From: Octopus vulgaris
Taxonomy: Eukaryota
NCBI GenBank assembly: GCA_951406725.2
Contig: OX597820.1
Coordinates: 11,594,001-11,658,000, forward strand
Direction: 5' to 3'
DNA: 64,000 bases
The position numbers and the translations under genes are program-made. Position 1 is the stretch's first letter; each line of letters opens with the position of its first letter. The notes under the pieces were generated by a model that saw only the letters and a program-made list of their open reading frames with translations, did not search any database and was not told the origin of the DNA. Positions 42,031 through 54,329 of this stretch are shown here, piece after piece.

Positions 42031-42610
42031 GAGTGAGAGAGCAGTTCATGCCATCAAAGTGACACTGGGGTAAAATATACGAAGCCCAGTATACCCATCA
42101 TGACTACCCGTCTGATAAGGGTACACCAGGCACATGCATCACAACCATATGTGCGCAACATGGTGATCTCATATCAAGATAAACAGCACATGACCTTGCA
42201 GGTAGGGCCCAGTTAGAATTTTCCTCAGGTTGAGTAGCCCATCCCGCTCTAAATGTCCCTGAATAAGGGTTGTTTAAGGATGTTGAAAGAACCACCCATG
42301 TTTCCAGAGGTGAATTATTCAAACCCCAAAGAATCCCTCTCAACACATGGCTATGATGCTCCCCCACTACTTCTGCTCATGATCAGAGATGCACATATCG
42401 TCAGCCACTAAGAGACATGCTCAACTGGTTAAGGTCAAACAACTGACAAGCAAATCTGTGGTATTGAGCAGAATATTTGCTGTAGCCCATCTTTTATACC
42501 AAGACAAAACAATGTATATGATAACACTTCCAATCAGTTAAGATCAGAAGCCATGAGAGCCACTGCCTGGTACTGCATCAGGGTATTAGGTACTGCATCA
42601 GGGCATTTAC
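41600..42610 (-). mobile_element. (AAT)n-associated repeat of about 570 bp, partial plus full copy in tandem separated by (ATT)n
   Basis: 41600-41975 duplicates about 42210-42585; the full copy is bounded by (ATT)n. Confidence 0.8.
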
Positions 42611-42612
42611 TG

Positions 42613-42614
<2 letters not shown>

Positions 42615-42658
<44 letters not shown>

Positions 42659-42795
42659 TTTATTATTCAGATCACTGCCTGGAATCGAACTCGGAATCTT
42701 GGGGTTAGTAGCCCGCGCTCTTAACCACTACGCCATATGCTCATGAGCATATGAAAACTAACACAAAGATTCCGAGTTCCATTCCGGGCAGTGAC

Positions 42796-42894
<99 letters not shown>

Positions 42895-42926
42895 AATAAT
42901 AATAATAACAACAACAACAACAACAA

Positions 42927-42964
<38 letters not shown>

Positions 42965-43145
42965 TTGAAAATATCTTAAGAATGAGAACCTAGGTTCGAA
43001 ATTTCGCAAAGACACCTGATGAAGGCTGGAAGGTATATCAGCCGAAATGTTGTGTTAACAACAAACAAGATGTGGACAAATATCCGTCAAACGTAAATAA
43101 TGTAAATAATGTACATAATTCCTCATCTCTTAAATATAGAACTGT
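42615..43145 (+). mobile_element. tRNA-headed element with inverted 5' duplication and a hammerhead in the body
   Basis: Minus head 42672-42740 (TGGCGTAGTGG, GAGTTCGATTCC); plus head with deletion 42747-42795; (AAT)n(GAT)n(AAC)n; hammerhead at 43011-43056. Confidence 0.65.
43011..43056 (+). ncRNA. Minimal type-I hammerhead motif
   Basis: GACAC-CTGATGA-a-GGCTG gaaggtatat CAGCC-GAAA-TG-TT-GTGTT. Confidence 0.7.
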
Positions 43146-43197
43146 AGTAAGAGCTAAGTTTAGTGCCTTAAAAAAGGACCTAATTCACTAGGTTCTA

Positions 43198-43233
<36 letters not shown>

Positions 43234-43550
43234 TGTATGTATGTATGTATTGCCAAGTTGCCAGTCCCTGCGCTATTAGAATCCATATATGGGGGCTCAT
43301 GTTAGTATCTAAGGGGCCCATCCCCTCAAATCTGGGAATTGTCTTATTCACTCCTGGAAGAATGCATTAATTATTTTAGCCTGGCTGTGATGGTAGACAG
43401 TTGAAAACAATACTTTAAAAAAAATAAATTAAATAATAGCATTGTAGTTGTGGGTGGGCCCTTGTAGTTGCGGGTGGGCCCCCTTAGTTTCCTGGCAACC
43501 AATATTTTTAGACTCAGTCCGTCACTGTATGTATGTACGTATGTATATGT

Positions 43551-43590
<40 letters not shown>

Positions 43591-45256
43591 GGAGGGGGTA
43601 TTTGGGCATGTTTTTGTCCCCAACCGGTCTTGGTTTGCTTACGTCCCCGTAACATAGAGACCGATAGTATACGTACCCGACTTGAAAAGAAAAACAAGTA
43701 TTTGAGTCGACTCGTTCGACTAAAGTCCTTCGAGGCGGTGTTCCAGCATGGCCGCAGTCCAATAAGTAAAGCAACTGAAAAATAAAGAGGGTCAGTCTAG
43801 CACTCCTCAAAGATCAGATCCTGTTTTGAAAGCTCATTGGAAGTAGGACCATTCCTTTAAAGAAATGTCTTAGAATGACACCAAGATATCAATCGCTGCA
43901 GGCAAAGAGGAAGTCTCAACACAGCCGCTTCGAGATGCGAGAAATAACAGTCAAATTTACTTTAAAGCACAATTTCTATCCTCTAAAAAAAAGTCAAAAT
44001 TTGACCCTGAATAATAAAGGTGGTGTCGTGACTGGAATACTTTTTCATTATGGGTCTGCTCAATCAGGACTGACCTGGGGTTAAATGATTACAAGTGTAA
44101 CAATTATATTTTAGCCTTTAATGATTTTATCACAACGAAGTCACGAATTGAATTGATGTCTGACGTCCAAATCTTATCTCGATCTCACCTTCTCTTCTCC
44201 CTCTCCTTTACTAATTCTCTCTCACCCGTTTCACTCTGTCTCTCTCTGTCTCTCTCTGTCTCGATCTCTTTATCTATCTCTCTATATCCGTCTCTGTACC
44301 ACTTTCTCTCTCTCTCTCTCTCTGTCTCCATCTCTCAGTCTAAGCATCTCTATCACTCTGTCTCTGTCTCACTTTCTTTCTTTCTTTCTTTCTTTCTCTC
44401 TCTCTCTCTCTCTCTCTTTTATTGACTCTCTCTTCCACTCTCTGAAACTGTATGTCAGTCTGTCTCTCTCCCTCTCCTTCTCTCCTTTTCTCTCTCACTC
44501 TTTCTCTTTCACTCATTCTCTCTTTCTCATTCTCTCTCTCCCTTTGACTCTCTCTTAGTGTTTCTGTCTCCGACTCTCTCTCATTTTCTCGCCCTCTCTC
44601 TCTCTTTTTCACCCTCTGTCAGTCTATCTATTCGTCTCTCTCTTTCATTGACTCTCTTTCTCTTTCTTCCGTTGTCAGTCTATCTGTCCCCCCTCTCTCT
44701 TTCATTGACTCTCTCTTTCCTGTCTCTACCTCTCACTCGTTATCTCCCCTCTCTCATTCATTCTCTCCCCTCTCTCACTCATTCTCTCCCTCACTCTTCC
44801 ACTCATACAGTTTTTCTCATTCCTTCTCTCTCATTCACCCTCTCTGTGTCCCTGTCTCCGTCTCCCCCCATCTCTCCCCCCCTCTCTTTCTCTCTTTTCC
44901 TTCTATGCTTCTACACTTTACACTACCTCCATATCACCTTGTTCCTTTCTCTCTTTTTGCCCTTTCCATTCGTTGTGTATGTGTGTGTGTGTATATGTAT
45001 GTGTATGTATGCGTATGTGTATGCATGTATGTGTATGTGCATGTGTGCGTATGTGTTGTGTATGTGTATGTATAAGTGCAAGTACGTTCGCTTGTATGTG
45101 TGTGTGTCAGTGTGAGTGTACGTGTGTATCTATCTTTGTTTCTCTTTTCCCTTCTTTCTTTCTAGTCTATATATTACAGATACACTAGAATTAATACAGT
45201 GCATAATTAATATACGCACATGCATACATACACACAACACACTTATAACTATATAA

Positions 45257-45320
<64 letters not shown>

Positions 45321-45434
45321 ATGCGTGTATAAGTTTGTATATATTTATGTCTACATAAATGTATATAGTTGTGATATGTATGTGTACGTATACAGATACG
45401 CTTGCATAAATATTTGTATCTTTATATACATGTT

Positions 45435-45476
<42 letters not shown>

Positions 45477-45774
45477 GGGTGGATGTGTATAAGGGGTGGA
45501 TGTGTATTCAGGGGCTGGTTTCTAACAAAGAAACAAAACTTCCATCACCGGAATCTGGAAAATAACTATACCTGTTACATGTTGAACTTTAGAAGAGCCT
45601 TCTGTGTGTGCGTGTGTGTGTGTGTGCATGTGTGTGAGTGTGTGTGCGTGAGCGCGTATGTATGTATGTATGTATCTATGTATGTTTTTAGATTCGGCGT
45701 TTATAAAATGCGTTGCACGAAAATCTAGGCCTTCAAACATTTATGTAGCTATGCAACTATTGTGAGCACGCGTA

Positions 45775-45806
<32 letters not shown>

Positions 45807-45840
45807 TGTGTGGGAGGGAGAAAGTGACGGTGCGTATGTG

Positions 45841-45889
<49 letters not shown>

Positions 45890-45987
45890 CAAAATGGGAC
45901 AAGAACGCAAAACATCCAGACAGGTGATACAAAAAAGGGACAACAAAACATACACATAAATAATACAAAGATAAAAGAAGGGCGGGT

Positions 45988-46131
45988 CATTCGGGGTTTT
46001 CTTTCCTCAGTCGAGTTCCAGATTATCTTCGCAATTTTGGCTGGTTATACTCGAGATTGCTCCACTCTGGCCAGCCCCAAGGAAAAAACTAAGCTAAGAG
46101 CATTAGACTCCTTGGAAAAAAGCAGCGAATG
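45988..46131 (-). ncRNA. Candidate rearranged hammerhead, family Z (G12 mutated at a CpG)
   Basis: Minus: CATTCG..TTTTTT-CCAAGGA..TCCTTGG-GGCTGG-CCAGA..GCAA-TC-TCGAGT..CCAGCC-AAAA-TTGC..TCTGG-a-ACTCGA-CTGAGGA-AAGAAA..CGAATG. Confidence 0.7.
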
Positions 46132-46574
46132 TATACATAAACAAAGACGGGAAAAAAAGGGACAATGTTACACAAATACAATAAAAATAATAACAGGACA
46201 TAACAACAGGTGTCTTTCGACTAAGGACGAATTAAATTAAGATGGCGTATGTGGAAATGAAGCATTATGGCAGGGCTACGTATGTATATATGCATATACA
46301 AGTATATGGTGGTGCTCCAGCATGACCGCAGGCGCATACCTGAAACGAATAAAAAGAAAGGTAGACGGAAATTGCAAGAAGCTCTTGCAATGTGTGTGTG
46401 TGTGTGTGTGTGTGTTTGTGTAACTGTCTCCTCATCATCGCTTGACAACCGATGTTGGTGTGCATACGTCCACGCAACTTGCGGTTCGGCAAAAGAGCAC
46501 GACAGAATAAGTACTAGGCTTACAAAGAATAAGTCCTGGAGTCGATTAAAGAATAAAAGAATATATATATATAT

Positions 46575-46920
46575 ATGTTTCAGTCATTTGACGGCGGCCA
46601 TACTGGAGCACCGCCTTTAGTCGAACAAATCGACCCCAGGACTTATTCTTAGTAAGTTTAGTACTTATTCTATCGGTCTCTCTTGCCGAAGCGCTAAGTT
46701 ATGGGGACAAGCACAGACACACAAACATTTCGAATATATATATATATATACGAGGAGCTTCTTTCAGTTTCCGTCCACTAAATCCACTCACAAGGCTTTG
46801 GTCGGCCCGAGGCTATAGTAGAAGACACTTGCCCAATGTGTCACGCAGTGGGACTGAACACAGGACCATGTGATTGGTAAGCAAAAGCAAGGTAGTTACC
46901 ATACAGCTACTCCTGCAGCT
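46575..46920 (-). mobile_element. SINE family A, tail-to-tail with a plus-strand fragment at 46360-46560
   Basis: Consensus match. Confidence 0.8.
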
Positions 46921-46944
46921 ATATGTATATATGTATATATATAT

Positions 46945-47435
46945 GATAAATAAAATATATGCATACATACATACATATATGTACGTACCTACATCTACAT
47001 GTATATATACATGCATATATAAATATATATACGTGAGTACAGGACGCCACAAATAGACGTAGAACTCAACGAGAAACGAAAACGTAAAAACAAACAGGGA
47101 AACGAACTTTTTTTAACAACGAAAAAAAAACAGAGTACAAAACAAACTACACAAGGAAAATTCCCCTTCATCAGCTGTCCCTAGTTCAACTCCATGCGTG
47201 TTTCGAAGGTGAGGACAGAACACGACTCGTCGAACTAATCCTTCCTGCGAAAGAATTAAATAAAATTCCTTTGCAGAGGGGTAAAAACAAGGAAAGAAAA
47301 AAAATGTGACAAAAACAGGACGTAAAAACAATACAAATAAAAAAAACAAATACAAAATAAAAATACAAATACAAAAAAATACAGTACAAGAAGGAATAAA
47401 AACAGGACAGGAAAACAATGAGGGCCTTTAAGCAT
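46945..47435 (-). mobile_element. Penelope-like non-autonomous element family X, second copy
   Basis: High identity to 3765-4190. Confidence 0.7.
47163..47281 (-). ncRNA. Candidate rearranged hammerhead, family X copy 2
   Basis: As 3961-4079; helix TAGTTCGAC/GTTGAACTA fully paired with one GU. Confidence 0.75.
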
Positions 47436-47454
47436 ATATATATATATATATATA

Positions 47455-47722
47455 AATTAATGTAGGGTATCTAAGAGATACCAACATGCTGGAAATAACA
47501 GTCAAAACTTGACGCTAAAACCACATTAAATGTTCATACAGCACCAGGAGAGAAGACAGAGAGACAAAATAAACTACCAAAAAAGAAAATTACTGGATAA
47601 TTCCAGATCCCGGATTTCTGAATCTTCTCTCCTGGTTGTGTATGAACATTTAATGTAATTCTGGAGTTAAGTTTTGTCTGCTATTTCCAGCGTGGTAGTA
47701 TCTCTTGGATACCCTAAATTAT
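47455..47722. repeat. Imperfect inverted repeat, arms about 100 bp
   Basis: TAGGGTATCTAAGAGATAC..ACATTAAATGTTCATACA..CCAGGAGAGAAGA / TCTTCTCTCCTGG..TGTATGAACATTTAATGT..GTATCTCTTGGATACCCTA. Confidence 0.85.
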
Positions 47723-47832
47723 AATTTTAAATAATTATTACCTTTGAAGATTTTTATTCCCATGCTGGCCACCTGATAAGATCGGTATTTAAATATCGAT
47801 CTTATCCATATATATAAATAAGGATAAGATCG

Positions 47833-47871
<39 letters not shown>

Positions 47872-48027
47872 AAGAGAGAGAGGGTTATGGTGATGCAAAG
47901 AGGAAAATAAAACTCACAATATGAGTATATATATATATATATATTTAAGATTTAACAGAAGCAAGAGTGACTCAGGGCCCGAGAGTTTCGTGCGCTAGCA
48001 CTTATACATATATACACTTATACATGC

Positions 48028-48072
<45 letters not shown>

Positions 48073-49088
48073 CTCGCATACATGTGATTATAGCATACAC
48101 CACGCTTTCGCTAATTGTTTTTCAATACAAACACCTAAACACCCGGATACACACATGCATATATACGCACACCTATATACATACTATTTTCATCTTATAG
48201 CATCGAAATACCAATCTCTGTGTAACAGTTTATCGCATATTTCTGCTCTCCCCGTTCATTGACCAGCGACCATCAGCAGCAGCAAGCATCCATCTCCTTT
48301 CCTCCTTCCCTCCTCCTCTTCTGCCTCCTCCAACTCCTCCTCACCATCATCTTTGCCTATGTCTCCTCCTCCGTCCGCCACACCATCCTCTACTCCAACA
48401 ACCTCTCCCTTGCTATTTCCGGTCGAATTTCGATCCCTTCTTACAGATATAGCTCTCCCCCCCTCTCTCTCCGTCTCTCTCTCCATCTCTCACTCCATCT
48501 CTCTCTCCCTCCCTCTCCCTCTCTCTCTCTCTCGCTCTCTCTCTCTCCCTCTCTCTCCCTCTCCCTCTCTCTCCCTCTCTCTCCCTCTCTCTCCCTCTCC
48601 CTCTCTCTCTCGCTCTCTCTCTCCCTCTCTCTGTCTCTGTCTCTCTCCCTCTCCCTCTCTCTCTCTCCGTCTCCCCCTCTCTCTCTCCCGCTCTCCCCCC
48701 TCTCTCTCTCGCTCTCTCTCTCCCCCTCTCTCTGTCGTTTGCTTCATTTCATTCTTTACTATATATATATATGTTCTTTCCTCTCCATTTCTCCTTCACA
48801 ATTATCATTCTTTAATTATTATTATCAATATTATTATTATCAATATTATCATTATCAATTTATTCATTGTGCCTCGTACTTCTTTTTTTCATTTCGCGCG
48901 CACATTCATGCTTAAGGACGCCTGCAGATTCATTATCGCTGTTCCCTTCTTTCTCTCTTTCTTTCCCTTTTTCTCTCTCTCTCTCGATTATATAATAATC
49001 ATATATATGTAAACATGCATGCATGCTTATACGCACATACATATACTTATGTGTATATATATATGTATATGAATATATATAGATATAT

Positions 49089-49180
<92 letters not shown>

Positions 49181-49348
49181 ATCACGTGACCGATCAGACC
49201 ATAAGATGTTGTTACACATCGCTGGTCACAATGCGTTCGCATTGTTTTAGCCTTCGAATGACGCCACCCCGCTGGCTAAGCGAGCAGGCCAATATATATA
49301 TATATATGTATATATATATAAATGTATATATATATATATAAATGTATG

Positions 49349-49382
<34 letters not shown>

Positions 49383-49516
49383 TATATATACATACATATA
49401 TACATATATATATATGTATATATGTATATATATGTATATATATATATATATACATATATACACATACATATATATACATATATATATATATAAGTATATA
49501 TATATATATATGTATG

Positions 49517-49567
<51 letters not shown>

Positions 49568-49630
49568 ATATATACATACATATATACACATACGTACATG
49601 CGTATACATACATATATACATATATCTATG

Positions 49631-49675
<45 letters not shown>

Positions 49676-50284
49676 GTATATGTATATAAATATATATGTA
49701 TATATAGAGAGAGAGGGAGAAAGAGAAAGACAGACAAAGACAGAGACAGACAGACAGACAGAGACAGACAGACAGACATATATTCCTAATTATCAGGCAA
49801 TCAGGCATTTCTTTCAATTCCTCATCGCCATCATCGATGTTATACGTACAGCGCTTCTTGTTAAATAGTCATCGTCTCGGCTTTTCCATGTGATCTCTGA
49901 GAGCAAAAAACCAGCAGCAGCAGCAGCGGTCGCAGCAGCAGCAGCAGCAGCAGCAGCAGTCACAGCAGCTGCAATTCTGTTCCTAGCAGCAACAATGCCA
50001 GCAGCAGCACCAGCAGCAGCAACTGAAGCAGCAACAATGCTGTCGATGAGAACAATAGCGGCGGCAACAATAATTTTCTTTTATCTAACATAAAAGGCCG
50101 ATCCTACAAAGAAAGAGGATTTTTAGCTAATTACGTCAAATGTAACGTATTACTGGTACCTATTTTAACGATCGCCCCCCCCCCCCCGTGGAGATTTGAA
50201 CCTGAAGCGGCCAGGCGTGAAATTTAATGTTACCCTGCTAAACACTTTCGTTTCTTTTGTCATTATGTAATAGTATAATGTAAG

Positions 50285-50887
50285 ACAGCGATCTGGCTGA
50301 AACGTTAGCGCGCCTGACGAAATGTTTAGTGGTATTTCGTCTGCCGCTACGTTCTGAGTTCAATTTCCGCCGAGGTCGACTTTGCTTTGTCTTTCATCCT
50401 TTCGGGGTCGATTAAATAAGTACCAGTTACGCACTGGTGTCGATATAATCGACTTAATCCGTTTGTCTGTCCTTGTTTGTCCCCTCTGTGTTTAGCCCCT
50501 TGTAGGTAGTAAAGAAATAGGTATTTCGTCTGCTGTTACGTTCTGAGTTCAAATTCCGCCGAGGTCGACTTTGCCTGTCATCCTTTCGGGGTCGATAAAT
50601 TAAGTACCAGTTACGCACTGGTGTCGATATAATCGACTTAATCCGTTTGTCTGTCCTTGTTTGTCCCCTCTGTGTTTAGCCCCTTGTAGGTAGTAAAGAA
50701 ATAGGTATTTCGTCTGCTGTTACGTTCTGAGTTCAAATTCCGCCGAGGTCGACTTTGCCTGTCATCCTTTCGGGGTCGATAAATTAAGTACCAGTTACGC
50801 ACTGGGGTCAATATAATCGACTTAATCCGTTTGTCTGTCCTTGTTTGTCCCCTCTATGTTTAGCCCCTTGTGGGTAGTAAAGAAATA
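50285..50887 (+). mobile_element. SINE family B tandem array, head plus 3 units
   Basis: Units start GGTATTTCGTCTG at 50331, 50520 and 50705. Confidence 0.9.
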
Positions 50888-52683
50888 TATTGAACCCGAA
50901 ACTATTGTCTCTGTGTGTATATGTGTGTGGTTGGGAAGCGACTTTCTAAATTGCACAGCCATGCCTGCACCATTTTCTTTCCAGTTTTTATTTTCCAACA
51001 GAGCAAATAAATTTATTTTGCCTACGTAGATTAAAAAAACAACAACAACGAAAACCAATAAAATCTCGCTCAGTGAAACGATGCAGTTCTCCCATAACAA
51101 CGTCCGAATGATTATTTCATATAACCGCCAGACATTGTACTCAAAAACCTGATGTATCGAACTACATAGACTTCGTGTATATTAGATTGAGTAGATTTCA
51201 GTACAAGTTATTGGGTATAACGGCTGAATGAATGGAGAGTTGATAAAAAATTTAATAGGTTCCACGCAAAATTTGCATATTGGTCATATGCTGTCCATTT
51301 TCTAACTGAAAATATCATGGTGCATTGGTGCTCAATGCTTCTCTAAACAGCATGTGTGCATATATATGTTTATATCTGTATATGATTGTATACATGCACA
51401 CACACATATATATATAGATACATACACATATGGTTGTGTGGTTAAGAAGCTAGTTTTACAACCGCGTGGTTTGGGGTTTCAGTTCCATTGAACAGCACTT
51501 TAGACAAGTTTTTTCTTCCGTAGTACCGGACGAACCATTGCTTTGAGTGGGAATTCGGTAGACCCCCCAACGCTTTTCTTTTTCTTTCTTTCTTTTTTTC
51601 TTTTTTTTGAAAACCTGTTGCTTAATCTAACGCTCTCTCTTGCCGAACCGCTAGGTTACGAGGACGTAAACACATCAGCGCCGGATGTCAAGCGGTGTTA
51701 GGGGACAAAGATAAGCACACGCCACACACACACACACACATACGACAGGCTTCTTTTAGTTTCCGGCTACCAAATCCATTCACTGCTTGACAGTCGGTGT
51801 TGGTGTGTTAACATCCTCGTAACTTAACACTTCGACAAAAGAGACCGATAGAATAAGTATCAAACTTTAAAAGAAAAATTAAGTACCGGGGTCGATTCGC
51901 TCGACTAAAATTCTTCAAGGCAGTGCCTCAGCATGGCCGCAGTCTAATGACCGAAACAAAGATAGCAGGGCCTTTATCCTTTTTAAAACTCGGATATTTA
52001 TAAAGAATCCATTAATTCTTTGTTACAGATCCAGTTTATAATTGGTATATTACAATTCACTAGCAAGAAGATTGCTGCTGTTTGTTCTTTCTCGAGCCAT
52101 CCCTGGCTCATAAGGGCCGGTTTCCCGGTTTCATTGGCGTATAGGTTCTCTACCTGGACGAGACGCCGTTCCGTCGCAGGTGAGCTGCAAGATGCAGGAG
52201 GAAAGAGTGAGAGAAAGTTGTGGCGAAAGAGTCAGCAGAGGGTCGTCATTACCTTCTGCCGGAGCCGCGTGGAGCTATGAAAACATAGGGGTCATTTTCA
52301 TAGCATTTTTTCCGATGGCCGGATAACTGAAGAGATTGCGGCGTGGGTTTCCGTCCCGACATCCGAAGCTCGGAGTTTTATCATGGCTACCGATTAATTA
52401 TCACATATTACATTTACAGATAAATTCCTCTATTTACATAATATCGAGGTCTCTTTCATTCTTTTGTTATCTTACCATTTTTATCAATATATATATATAT
52501 ATATATATATATAACCAAGAAAGTTAGAGGTTGTGAATCCAACCAACTAAGGGATAATATCTATCCAATATACTGCTGGTAGAATACCCAATTATTGATA
52601 CACAAGTGTTTTTTTATTCCATTGCAATTGCATTACCGAGTGTAATAAATGGGTGAAGGTAAAGAGATATTTTACCATTAGTT

Positions 52684-52883
52684 TATATAGCAATAAGAAA
52701 ATGGAGGGGATCAAGAGGTGGTAGTCATCAACTTTTAGATATTATATTTTGTTAACTTATTTATTTATTTATTAAACTGATAATTACAATAATATACATA
52801 CATATAACATAGAGTTAACATAATATAATATCTAAAAGTTGATGAACCACCTATTGATATCCTCCATTTTCTTATTGCTATAT
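52684..52883. repeat. Imperfect inverted repeat, arms about 70 bp
   Basis: TATAGCAATAAGAAAATGGAGG..CATCAACTTTTAGATATTATATT / AATATAATATCTAAAAGTTGATG..CCTCCATTTTCTTATTGCTATA. Confidence 0.85.
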
Positions 52884-52884
52884 T

Positions 52885-52915
<31 letters not shown>

Positions 52916-54329
52916 GGAGTTGGGGGAGTATGTGTGTTTCACGGATTCAATTTGAATTGCAGCTTTTACGAAGAATCGAATGTCGGAAATATAGAGTCGC
53001 TGTCCAAAGTCCATGACCACAGCAATTGCCCATGACGGACATTTTCACTCGAAATTTTGCGCAAAACAGTGGGCGATTACTGCAGTCACCTGACCGATTC
53101 GAAAGTACGTCATCGTAAAATATAAGAAACAACAGAAGTCAAAGGTTAATGCATACAGGACAAAGATAAAGGAGAACAAGCTTAATTGGTAGAGGAAGAA
53201 AACGGGGATAGTAACGAAATATGTTTACAATCGGCGAAGAAAGATAGGAGATGACATGAATACACTGAATGGTTAATAACTATGCGAAATTGAGAAGTTA
53301 GCACACGCAGTGGCATAATATGTACTTTGTAGATAATAACAATGGCAAAGAAAGTGATACAAAAACGAGCAAGAGAAAGCTAGTGAAGTAACTTCACAAA
53401 GATGTTTCTTTGTTTCTTTATACTTTTTCGAGAAGTATTTTTCAGGCCAGTGATTTGATTTGAGGTCGTGTGTTGAAACAAATACAATTGCAGCGTGGAA
53501 AATACCCATTAACTATTCAAAAACACATAAAGACTATTTAAATTTATTTGGTAGATAACTTATTATTTGGCGTCAAAACGTTTCGTCGCACCAACTGCGA
53601 CCTGATCACTGACACGATTCCACTGCATCTGGCTTGTGATGAAGTTGTTGGTTAGTATACAGGGTGTCTATAAATTATCTTTAGAATTTGGAAATTTCAG
53701 GGGGGAAAAAAATAAGGATAACTCAACAGAGTTTATTGAAAAACATAAGCAAGGAAATAAAATGTTATTAGAAGCATCCGAACATTTCCACGCGGGTTCC
53801 TTTACTTGCATTCAATAATCTTTTCTACGATTGGCACAAAGCCTGAAATTTGGAGGAGGGAATAGTCGATTACATTGACCCCCCATATACAACTGGTGGT
53901 GATGGTGGTGGTAGTGGTGGCGGCGGCTGCGGTGGTGGTAGTGGCAGTGGCAGTGGTAGTGGCGGTAGTAGCAACGGTACAACTGATGATGCTAATTGCA
54001 ATTAAATGACGGTTAATTAGTACTAAAGTTAATGTATCGAGCTCGCTGATCAATTGAAAGAAAAAAAGGATTGATCCAGTTGAGTATAGGTCTATCCTCG
54101 TTTATCACGGGTACTAAATGAATCAGTGATAAATCAATTATAGAACAAATGAGTAAAAGTAGTTTCCGTTCCGAGACACCAAGTTATCCTGAATATTGTA
54201 GGTGGTCGCCGAGGCACGTTTCTGCGGCACAAGCGCAATCTGTGACTGATTACCGACCCATGTTATCACAGATCAATTTCTGATAAGTGTAACACGGTTC
54301 ACAATTGCCCCACCGTGTTATCTCGGATC

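Noticed and set aside
42672-42740. Possible tRNA gene
   Set aside because: A and B boxes are present but there is no convincing acceptor stem; it behaves as a repeat head, as do the other tRNA-like segments
48256-48460. Pro/Ser-rich or Glu-rich open frames that could be an exon
   Set aside because: Low-complexity sequence running into a (CT)n tract, with no recognisable domain or clear splice pair
50331-50887. Regular repeats suggestive of a CRISPR array
   Set aside because: The 185-bp units have no unique spacers, there are no cas genes, and the context is a eukaryotic SINE
52960-53120. Structured segment with GAATCG/CGATTC-GAAA and TTTTACGA/TCGTAAAA pairings
   Set aside because: No CUGANGA-like strand in a workable register, so not called a ribozyme
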